Below the pieces are notes generated by a model. It was not told the DNA's origin. It made no database searches and saw only the letters and a list, made by a program, of their open reading frames with translations. A stretch of 64,000 nt of DNA from Tubiluchus corallicola. Taxonomy: Eukaryota; Animalia; Priapulida. Each line of letters opens with the position of its first letter. Position 1 is the stretch's first letter. The stretch covers positions 216,568-280,567 of the forward strand of contig JAQGDQ010000309.1 of the NCBI GenBank assembly GCA_030141605.1, written 5' to 3'. Made by a program: the position numbers and the translations under genes. Positions 14,000-24,600 of this stretch are shown piece by piece.

Positions 14000-15656
14000 T
14001 TGTTCATAAGTTTAATAAGATGCGCATAAATTAACTCACAAACAAACAGACAAAGATGCAAACAGGTAAGAGAGTGGGTGATCAATGCTAGTCACTTAAC
14101 TGAAATACATTCGAATGAACAGACAAACACCCAAACGAATGCTGCAAAAATGAGTAGGAAAAATAGAAACAAGCAATAAATACAACAAACAAAATAATAA
14201 ACGAAAACAATAAACAAATTAACGATAAATAAATGTATGAAAGTGAAAGTAAACAAACAAACACACCAAAGAGATGAGCGAAAAACGAATCAACAAATGG
14301 ACAAACAAGTGAGTGGACAAAGGAAATTTCGCTAAAGGCGCAAACAGACAAATGAGCTAATGGCAAACAAACTAATGAACAAAACAGCTAATGAACTATG
14401 TAACGAACAAAAACAAGAAACGAAGAAATGAGGAAGGAAACGAAGGTGGAGGTGAGCGAATGAATGAACGAATGAACAAATGAACGAGTGAATGAAAGAA
14501 GGAACGAATGAATGAATGAACGATTGGTTGATTTATTGAATGAATAAATAAATAAATGAATGAATGAATGAATGAATGAATGAATAAATGAATGAATGAA
14601 TGAATGAATGAATGAATGAATGAATGAATGAATGAATGAATGAATGAATGAATGAATGAATGAATGAATGAATGAATGAATGATTGATGAATGAATGAAT
14701 GAATGAATGAATGAATGAATGAATGAATGAATGAATGAATGAATGAATGAATGAATGAATGAATGAATGAATGAATGAATGAATGAACGAATGAATGAAT
14801 GAATGAATGAATGAATGAATGAATGAATGAATGAATGAATGAATGAATGAATGAATGAATGAATGAATGAATGAATGAATGAATGAACGAATGAGTGAAC
14901 GAATGAACGAACGAATGAACGAACGAATGAATGAATGAATGAATGAATGAATGAATGAATGAATGAATGAATGAATGAATGAATGAATGAATGAATGAAT
15001 GAATGAATGAATGAATGAATGAATGAATGAATGAATGAATGAATGAATGAATGAATGTATGAATGAACGAACGAACGAACGAACGAACGAACGAATGAAT
15101 TGATAAATGAATGAATAAACACTTCTTACGTTCTTCAATCCCACACTGATTTCTTTCTCACATTTTTCTATCAAAAGCAACTCTTTGAAGATGCCTCTAT
15201 GTAGTACATAGTGCTGCACCCCTCCCCTTACATAAACTTACCCTAGTCCCACCTCACAGAAGACATTAATGTCACAATCAAGGCTGAAGATGATATGTGT
15301 ATTGTCATACGCTTAGTTTAACACATCGTTCCACACTCCATAATGCATTTAAGTGGTTCAAAATAAATGATTGTGGGTTAACGCGTTCAGTCAGGGGTGC
15401 TGCAATTATACGAGAATCGAAACCGAAAGTGCTTTTCGCATAGAACGCAAAATGAGCTATAGTCAATAATTGTACCACATTTATAGCCCATTGTACGCCA
15501 GCCATGGACTATTTGCTTACTAGATATCGTAATAGAGGGCAAGCTGATAACTAGGGGAGCGGCGTTCGCTCTGATAATAAACCTATCCTAAAGTTGGCCT
15601 GCAATAATCACATAATATGTCAAGCCAACAAGGGTGATTTACTAATAAAGTGGTTT
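14000..15656. repeat. Left arm of a ~1.6-kb inverted duplication, containing (TGAA)n
   Basis: Identical ORF translations on opposite strands (14088-14366 vs 19665-19943; 15305-15505 vs 18661-18861). Confidence 0.95.
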
Positions 15657-15687
15657 ATATATCTATATATATAAATATAAATATATA

Positions 15688-16135
15688 CTACGGCCAAAAC
15701 ACCGGTTCTCGCCTTATCACTGAAGTTAGGGAACGTAGAGCCTGGTTAGTCGTTGGATGGGTGACCGCCTAGGAATACTAGGTGCTGTAGGCTTGCGGGA
15801 TGCCCACTGTATCTCGACACTAGGTGGAGGAGCTGCACAAGCAGCCAACGGCTAGAGGGCGGAGGAGGTCAAGTGTCCCAACGGCCATGTGTAGAGGAGT
15901 AAACGTTCCAAGTCAGGAGTGGAGTTGACTACGGCAGCTCCTGCAGCCAACCTGGTGCCAAACGTATCGCTCCGCTTTCCTTTGGACTACACCCGGGATG
16001 AAGAGAGGGGGTTCCTGCGGTCTGGGCAACTCAGGATCTCCATACACCTTGCCCAGGCGTGCGCCCTGGAGACGTTCAAGGATCGGACTCTCTTGGCGCA
16101 CATTCCATTGTCTTCCGAGACAGAAGGATGCTAAT
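15688..16135 (+). mobile_element. Second copy of the 5S-derived SINE with internal deletions, in a (TA)n tract
   Basis: ctacggccaaaacaccggttctc...gctgtaggcttgcgggatgccc...gagacagaaggatgc matches the reverse complement of 12405-12950; 5S head at ~15688-15794. Confidence 0.88.
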
Positions 16136-16449
16136 AACAATATATATATATATGGGTGTATATCTGGGAATATATATATATATAGGCAATTTGTAAGACA
16201 ACACAATTTCTGTCAACCCACTCTTTGTGACACTTGCAAGTTGCAACATTATTTGCGCTAACCAGGGCAGACTAGATTCAAGCAAAACGTAATGAGATTT
16301 TTTTAAATAAAGCTTTGAGTGTGTTTTGCAAAGTATCTGATAGTTTCAAGATTTAATTTAAAACATCTTCTCAAACATTTAAATGTTAAAAGTGTTAAAT
16401 AGCTCTATATTAAATAGATTAAATGAAGTCGTTACTATCACTGTTGTTC

Positions 16450-16960
16450 CTGTTGTCGCTGCTACTGCTGCTGCTACTGCTACTGCTACTGCTTGCTACT
16501 GCTGCTGCTACTGCTACTGCTACTGCTACTGCCACTGCTGATACCGTTCCTACTGCAGCTGCTGTTACTGTTGCTGTTGCTACTGCTACTGCTGCTGCTA
16601 CTGCTACTGCTACTGCTGATACCGTTCCTAATGCAGCTGCTGTTACTGTTGCTGCTGCTACTGCTGCTGCTACTGCTACTGCTACTGGTATTGCTGATAC
16701 CGTTCCTACTGCAGCTGCTGTTACTGTTGCTGCTGCTACTGCTGCTGCTACTGCTACTGGTACTGCTGATACCGTTCCTACTGCAGCTGCTGTTACTGTT
16801 GCTGCTGCTACTGCTGCTGCTACTGCTACTGGTACTGCTGATACCGTTCCTACTGCAGCTGCTGTTACTGTTGCTTCTGCTCCTGCTGCTGCTACTGCTA
16901 CTGTTCCTACTGGCCGGCCTACTGTTACTGCTATTGGCTCTACTACAATGACTACAACAA
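16450..16960. repeat. (GCT/ACT)n repeat with 72-78 bp higher-order units, inside an ATG-initiated 181-aa ORF (16423-16968)
   Basis: gataccgttcct recurs at ~16540, 16618, 16696, 16768, 16840. Confidence 0.9.
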
Positions 16961-17601
16961 CTAACTAACTAAACTAACCCTAGCGATACGGACACAACTA
17001 AAGTTATTTGCCCATTTCCATCTAACCGATAAAAAGACTAGAAAAGGTTACATTCACTTTTGTGTAGCCTACGCAAAATGTTTCTGTGGAATATAAGGTC
17101 ATATTTTTCAATCAAAGATCGTGCGTTTAATTATTAAAATCATGATGTGTTATCAAAACTTTTAGCTTTTGCTTCAAAGGTTACCCTAAGCCACAAGGAC
17201 AAATAATCAAAAGCCTCTTAAATTATTTCCCCACTCACCTAATTAATCGCCAAAATTCGTCGAAATTGAGGATACGATTTAGCAAATACCAAAAGCTGCA
17301 CATTAAAGATTCGGCGAGCGAAAAATTCCTAATTTGACATGATTTTGTCTGACGTGTGATTTAATAAACGAAAATTCGCTGCGTAGTGGAAAAAAGTCAA
17401 CATTAATCAGAAATCTCGAACAAACTATTGAAAAACCTCACGTAATCATCCTTTGATCACTGTCGTCATCGCCGTCTCTGCCGCCGTCGTCGTCGTCATC
17501 ATTATCTTCATCATCGTCATCCTTGTCGTCATCATCTTCTTCGTCATCACCATTATCCTCACCTTCAAATTCAATATCATCATCGCCATTATTATTATCA
17601 C

Positions 17602-17833
17602 CAGGGCCTATTTCAAGGGGGGAAGTGGGGATACTTCCCCGGGGCCTCACTCTCCAGGGGGGCCTCGCGCAGAGGTAACATTATTTTTTTGCTTTATCCG
17701 AACATACTGTATAACTGCATATTTTCTCTTCGAAAATGCTTCTCCGACGTTCTAAGCAGTTCAAAAATTCGTCCCCGAGGAGGCCTCACACACCCTACTT
17801 CCCCGGGCCTCGCTTAGGCTGAAATAGGCCCTG
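17602..17833. mobile_element. Non-autonomous hAT-type element
   Basis: TIR CAGGGCCTATTTCA / TGAAATAGGCCCTG with perfect 8-bp TSD ATTATCAC; right-end fragments at ~59405-59465 and ~62238-62300. Confidence 0.88.
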
Positions 17834-18406
17834 ATTATCACCATCATCATCATCAGTATCGTAGATTGTCAATGTATGTTGTGCATAGCACGTAGCGCTA
17901 CCTGTCACCAAAATAGGGCATATTTAAGAAGTCAAATTTTCGTTCACATCTACAATTATACTGCGCACAAACAATTTATTTAATTTAACCTTCGCATTAT
18001 CCGTTCCATTGATAACTTAACTGCCGCTCTGACCCAATTGTTTTGTACTGTTTATTAAGAAGTCCATAAGACTTTTATTGCACCTAACAATAGCAATAGC
18101 TAGGTTACTACAACCAGAGATAAGGGACAATGATTTAACATTGCGAATGAAAGGTAAACTAAGAAACATGACAGTCGTGCGATACGGAAATGGAAGAAAA
18201 AGAAAGAAAGAAAAAAGGAGATATATTTAAATGAGGAGAACGAGAACGAAAAGAGGAGAGTTCAAGCAGTGGCGAAAAAATGGAAAGAGAGACTAGAGAA
18301 AACGTGTAGAGAGAAGAAGGGAAAAGGAGAGGAACAAATAGAACGGTGAAGAGAAAAGAAAAGGAGGTAAGAGGAAATGAGAAAGATAGAGAAATGAGAG
18401 ATTGAG

Positions 18407-18441
18407 TGAGAACCGGTGTTTTCAACGTGATTTGGCCGTAG
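18407..18441 (-). mobile_element. 5' fragment of the 5S-derived SINE
   Basis: Reverse complement CTACGGCCAAATCACGTTGAAAACACCGGTTCTC next to (TA)n. Confidence 0.75.
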
Positions 18442-18515
18442 TATATATATATTTAACTATTTAAATTAACATGAAATGATATATCATTCTCATTTGTGAC
18501 AAACGCTCTGTTGTA

Positions 18516-20027
18516 AAACCACTTTATTAGTAAATCTCCCTTGTTGGCTTGACATATTATGTGATTATTGCAGGCCAACTTTAGAATAGGTTTATTATCA
18601 GAGCGAACGCCGCTCCCCTAGTTATCAGCCTTATTACAATATCTAGTAAGCAAATAGTCCATGGCTGGCGTACAATGGGCTATAAATGTGGTACAATTAT
18701 TGACTATAGCTCATTTTGCGTTCTATGCGAAAAGCACTTTCGGTTTCGATTCTCGTATAATTGCAGCACCCCTGACTGAACGCGTTAACCCACAATCATT
18801 TATTTTGAACCACTTAAATGCATTATGGAGTGTGGAACGATGTGTTAAACTAAGCGTATGACAATACACATATCATCTTCAGCCTTGATTGTGACATTAA
18901 TGTCTTCTGTGAGGTGGGACTAGGGTAAGTTTATGTAAGGGGAGGGGTGCAGCACTATGTACTACATAGAGGCATCTTCAAAGAGTTGCTTTTGATAGAA
19001 AAATGTGAGAAAGAAATCAGTGTGGGATTGAAGAACGTAAGAAGTGTTTATTCATTCATTTATCAATTCATTCGTTCGTTCGTTCGTTCGTTCGTTCGTT
19101 CGTTCGTTCGTTCGTTCATTCATTCATTCATTCATTCATTCATTCATTCATACATTCATTCATTCATTCATTCATTCATTCATTCATTCATTCATTCATT
19201 CATTCATTCATTCATTCGTTCGTTCATTCATTCACTCATTCGTTCATTCATTCATTCATTCATTCATTCATTCATTCATTCTTTCATTCATTCATTCATT
19301 CATTCATTCATTCATTCATTCGTTCATTCATTCATTCGTTCATTCGTTCACTCATTCACTCGTTCGTTCATTCATTCATTCATTCGTTCATTCATTCATT
19401 CATTCATTCATTCATTCATTCATTCAATCAGTCATTCAATAAATCATTCATTCATTCATTCATTCATTCATTCATTTATTTATTTATTCATTCAATAAAT
19501 CAACCAATCGTTCATTCATTCATTCGTTCCTTCTTTCATTCACTCGTTCATTTGTTCATTCGTTCATTCATTCGCTCACCTCCACCTTCGTTTCCTTCCT
19601 CATTTCTTCGTTTCTTGTTTTTGTTCGTTACATAGTTCATTAGCTGTTTTGTTCATTAGTTTGTTTGCCATTAGCTCATTTGTCTGTTTGCGCCTTTAGC
19701 GAAATTTCCTTTGTCCACTCACTTGTTTGTCCATTTGTTGATTCGTTTTTCGCTCATCTCTTTGGTGTGTTTGTTTGTTTACTTTCACTTTCATACATTT
19801 ATTTATCGTTAATTTGTTTATTGTTTTCGTTTATTATTTTGTTTGTTGTATTTATTGCTTGTTTCTATTTTTCCTACTCATTTTTGCAGCATTCGTTTGG
19901 GTGTTTGTCTGTTCATTCGAATGTATTTCAGTTAAGTGACTAGCATTGATCACCCACTCTCTTACCTGTTTGCATCTTTGTCTGTTTGTTTGTGAGTTAA
20001 TTTATGCATCATTAAACTTATGAACAA
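18516..20027. repeat. Right arm of the inverted duplication, containing (TTCA)n
   Basis: Reverse complement of 14000-15656. Confidence 0.95.
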
Positions 20028-20767
20028 AACAGCTAATGAACTATGTAACGAACAAAAACAAGAAACGAAGAAAGAAATGAAGAAACGAAGGTGGAGGTAG
20101 TTTTAACTCAACGAAGCTAATGTCCTAAACACGTACGCACCTAACGAAATGTTTGGATAATTAATAGTTAACTTGCTTTTTTATATTGAATTTTTTAAAT
20201 GGCTTGGGTTCATCTGACTGTTGAGCCTAAGGCACACTTCAGCACAAATTAGTTCTTGAAGTTTATAGCAGGAAAACTGACATTAGAGAAATGCTGGCTT
20301 TCATAGCCAATTTTGAATTATTTATTTAATTGCTTTATTATGGTTCAGGGCTTATAATTAACAGCTCTTGAGATAACAGAATTTGTCTCTTCCTCTGATT
20401 TGTCCTCCTTAAATACTACTCTGGACAGATGCCATGACCCACCTACACACTGGTGATTGGTTATTGTCTTGTAAACACGGGCGGATCACGTGCATAGACC
20501 TTGATAGGCAGTATACTGAATCACGCGCTCAACTCTGCAGGCTCTTGATTGGTTGTTGGCGTAGTTGTTTTCACATCCGGGTCCTTCTCATGAAAACTTC
20601 CGTTGATGCACGTGTGTTTACATCACCGTTAAAGCGTAGTGTAATTATTGTCATCTATTAGTTTAATTTAATGTTTTTAATATAGGCACCGCATACCTAT
20701 GCCACGTTAACACTCATAAAGCTTAGTTGATGTTTTAGTTAATTAATCAAGCGCATTTAATTAACAG

Positions 20768-20903
20768 TGTACCAGAAGGATTAGAAGATGTTTCCACATA
20801 TCCTGACCTGTTCGCAGAATTATCTGAAAGAGGATGGAGCGATGAAGACCTCGGAAAACTAGCCGGAGAAAACTTAATCCGAGTTCTAGAAGCAGCTGAA
20901 GCG
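20768..20903 (+). CDS. DPEP: Membrane dipeptidase (peptidase M19, DPEP-like), penultimate coding exon
   Basis: AG/GT-bounded exon encoding [45 protein letters not shown], the conserved GLEDVS.YP.L motif of renal dipeptidases. Confidence 0.9.
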
Positions 20904-20941
20904 GTGAGTGTAAACTACTTTGAGATTTCACACTAAGATAT

Positions 20942-21266
20942 TAGAGGATCTCGAAGATTTCAGCATATGAAGAGCACACGTATTGCTGTTTGCCAGGAGG
21001 CAATTCTTAACACATTTAACAATAAGAACTCCATGCAGTGTCGAGCAGATGTTCAACATTTAGAACGGTATATTATTTCGAATTATACTAATTTAAGAAT
21101 TGTTCATTTAATCACAAAAGTATAACTGCAAATAATATACCGTTCTAAATGTTAAACATCTGCTTGACACTGCATGGAGTTCTTATCGTTAAATGTGTTA
21201 AGAATTGCCTCCTGGCAAACAGCAATACGGGTGCTCTTCATATGCTGAAATCTTCGAGAACCTTTA
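20942..21266. mobile_element. Palindromic MITE with ~135-bp arms, in the dipeptidase last intron
   Basis: tagaggatctcgaagatttcagc...gctgaaatcttcgagaaccttta flanked by direct repeat GATAT; one arm also at ~58813-59002 and ~62703-62893. Confidence 0.85.
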
Positions 21267-22258
21267 GATATCTTCGTGAAAGAATCTGCAACGTGTGGTT
21301 GTCATTTTAAAAGTGACTGACCTGCTAATCTTTGAGGACAAAACCAAGTTATTAAGCATGCCGCGTTCGTTTTACTGTTATCACTTAAATTCAAAAAATA
21401 CAACAACGAAATTTGCAAAAAAGTCATAAAATTAATTTATCCTGCCGCTGTATAGAAAAATGTTCAGGCTCTGTGATTGCTGCCATTCACTTGAAAATTA
21501 TGACGTAACTGGTGGACATCCTGACTTTTCGTAAACATGTCGTGATTTTCCGAAAATGTACACTACTTAAAATAATACAAACTGCTACAGCTTACCTAAC
21601 GTGCATGCAAAATTAGCTATGCATTTTTGGAAAAACTTACCATATTTTTGACAGTCTGTTCTTCTCCAGTCAGCAAATGACGTCACTGCTCAAAGACTGC
21701 GCGTTCAAAGTGATCGTGACTTTAAAGTAGTTTTACTAAATCCTTCTAACGTTTTTCGTGAACATTGAACTGGACCTAACTTCCTAGAAGGCTTGACTTT
21801 TCCTATAAAAATATACACTTAAGAATGATCCTATAGTATTTTGATGAAGATGAAAAATAGTAATTTTAAAGCACTAGTAGTAACAGATAAGAACTACTAG
21901 GGATAATTTCAAATCCTGAAATTTAGGATACATGAGAGATTGGTAGATGCACGTATTATGGAAATTGTAAAGTACTCTACGTGTATTTACATTATTTCAT
22001 ATACAATTTAAAAATTACTATTGAGTGTTTGAAAATAAATTGACGTTAGGCTGAAAAGCCAAAATGGATAGATTTTAACCTACAAAAAGGGAGCAGGGGC
22101 ACCATGTAGCTTCGTGCTTTTTACACTGTACTGTACGAGACATCTGTGCATTTGTACAATTGATTTAGATTGCCTAAAATAGGACAGTCTAACAAAAATA
22201 AAAAACTCAGGTCTAAAGTCAAAACACGCTACAAATATTGTTTCAAACTCTTATTTAG

Positions 22259-22429
22259 GTACGAGACAACCTTCAAGGAGTGAAGCCTTGGGAAGGAGAC
22301 AGGCCAGACGGTGCAGATCCAGAGCTATGTCCTGCAGCTACACCATGCCCTGATTCCGGATTGAAAACAGCAATCAGCTTCGGGCAATGTTTAGCTGTTC
22401 TGCTGTTAGCTCACTTACTATTTCGTTAA
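22259..22429 (+). CDS. DPEP: Membrane dipeptidase, terminal exon with GPI-anchor-like C-terminus
   Basis: tttag acceptor, phase-0 continuation VRDNLQGVKPWE...CPDSGLKTAISFGQCLAVLLLAHLLFR*; AATAAA at ~22630. Confidence 0.8.
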   Translation, partial: VRDNLQGVKPWEGDRPDGADPELCPAATPCPDSGLKTAISFGQCLAVLLLAHLLFR

Positions 22430-22949
22430 ATAGATTTTTTTCACATAAAAAGTAGAATTGTTTTGGAAATTACAGTAGCTCCAAACCAGACTAATTGTTA
22501 TGACAAATTGTAAACATCTGTTTATTTTAATTCGTGTACTGCACAATGTTTCGCCAAGCCACAAAAGTTTGGTATGATTAAGGGCAGTAAAAAAATTAAA
22601 ATACGACAACCAATGCATTTTAGATAAAAAATAAATAAAACTGTTTTTAGTTTAGACGATCAAGATTTCTGGAAATAAGCTTATTGTATGATATTCTAAT
22701 ATGATACGTGTAGTGTTAAAAGTTTTTTAGAAATATTATTACTGCCATCTTTAGTTAGTACGGTAGTTGGCTTCCGTCGCACGCCTCCGTCCTGCTGCGC
22801 TAATGTACGTAATACTGTGGCGACAATAAGCTAGCCACGTACTCTAGTCGAAATAATACATTTTATAACAATGTTTGACTGAACGGCAAAGGTTCTTTAT
22901 GGCCGGATTATTTGATTGAACGACAATACTCGTTTACTGTGTTTGGTTA

Positions 22950-24600
22950 ATGATGACTAGTCAAGAAAGAAAAAATTGTTTTCGATCTACATTCAAAAAA
23001 GTTTGACCCCGTGGTAAGATGAACGGCTGAGCTGTCCTCTTCTTGCGTCTGTTCAAGAAGACGACAGTATAGCAGAGTTGAAAAACTGAACTTTATATTA
23101 TTGTAGTTCAGATACTATTTCGGTAAAGCAAAAATTCTTCGCTTGAATATATAATTATGTTTTGAAATTAGCTCCAAAGCGGACCAACTATTATAAACAT
23201 TTCTATCTACAGTATTTAAATTCATGTATAACGTTGTACTAAGAGTATGGTATCATCAAAGGTTGTAAAATTAGAATACCGTAACCATTTATCACGGCTT
23301 TGATAAAAAATAATTTTTTTAAAATTTATATAGTGCTTTCTTATAAAATCAAACTGAGTTCATAGAATATATTGTTGGTGTTTATGTATGAATTAGTTTG
23401 TTCATATAGTAGTTTTTTTCAGAATTTTTCCAAAACAATCAACAACGGAAACAGGTTAGTAATTAGTAGGGTCAGTATTGATGTTTTTCTGAACGGCTTT
23501 TTCTTAGCTAGTTTCCAGATACTGGAGAATTTATTGCGCGTAGTCATTTGGTTTGTAGTATAAGCAATAATAGGTGCTAATGTATTGGTGGTGTTCTTTA
23601 ATGTCTTCATTAGTTCTTAATGTCTAGTTCAATTAGGATTTTAATTTTTTCATATGTGGTAATGGTCGATAGCGAAAAACTTGTGTTAGTATGTAATTTC
23701 GTTTTTAATTTTGAAATCATGTTATTATAGTTACTGTTCAGGTTAGATGACCAGCAAAAATTTCCCAATTATTAACGAAAGTAGCATTAAGGGCATTTGC
23801 AATATCTTCAGCTTTCTTTATAACTTTGTTATCTGATTCGTGGGTTTGCTTGCTTTTATACCTGTTAATATATATACATTATTGATTATTTGCCATTTGT
23901 CTTTAGAAGAAGTTGCATTATTACACAGTTACTCTCTCTATATATATATTTGTTTTTTTTTTCTAAAGAATTGTTGAGAGTGTTAAAAGCTGGTAGATTT
24001 GGTAGTTGTTCATAATTTATCTAGGTTTTGTTTTACTGTTCTTAGTGCATCTAATTCTGGAGCAATTAAGGACTTTTGGTATTTAGCTTACGTTCAGGTT
24101 TAGTAAACATTTTCGTACGTTTATTAGGGGTGAGCATTCTCTACCAGAAAGCGAAAGCGAATTCGAATCGAACCGAATTTGTGACATTCGAATCGAACCG
24201 AACTTCAGTGTTTCGAATTCGAATTGAGATTGAAAGGTTTTCAAACAAGTTTTCGAACCACCAGCAAAAATTAGTCTTACAAAGATCAAGCATATCACTA
24301 GATTTTGTTCTGCAATAAAAGTAATTTCTTTAAAATTGTGTGCAGAAATCACAGCTAAATTATGCTAATTGCATGATGTTTCAATCGTTTTAGTGATAAA
24401 CAACATGTGTGATTGAAGTGCTGAATTATTCGAATCTATAGTTTTGGATTCGAATCGAGTTCGAACTAAAAAAACTCGTTCGAATCGAATTCTAGCGTTC
24501 GATGCTCACCCCTAATGTTTATAGGGGGCGAGCACATTAGGACAGTATTCAGTATAGTGACATTTGCTTACATATTTTGTCCACTTATTGTTGGCATTGG
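22950..24600 (-). mobile_element. Decayed 5'-truncated LINE (CR1/L2-like) reverse transcriptase remnant
   Basis: Fragments LAPIIAYTTNQ..FSSIWKLAK..P, LLIVLEK, EKLLYEQ..YINTNNI resemble non-LTR RT N-terminal motifs; many stops. Confidence 0.6.
24125..24514. mobile_element. hAT-type MITE with TAGGGGTGAGCAT termini and TTCGAA-rich subterminal motifs
   Basis: TIR taggggtgagcat / atgctcacccta; 8-bp TSD acgtttat / atgtttat. Confidence 0.85.

Noticed and set aside
14088-15505. Duplicated ORFs (MPLAHL..., MAGVQW..., FIHS repeats) as genes
   Set aside because: Identity is explained by the recent inverted duplication and (TTCA)n; no recognisable domain
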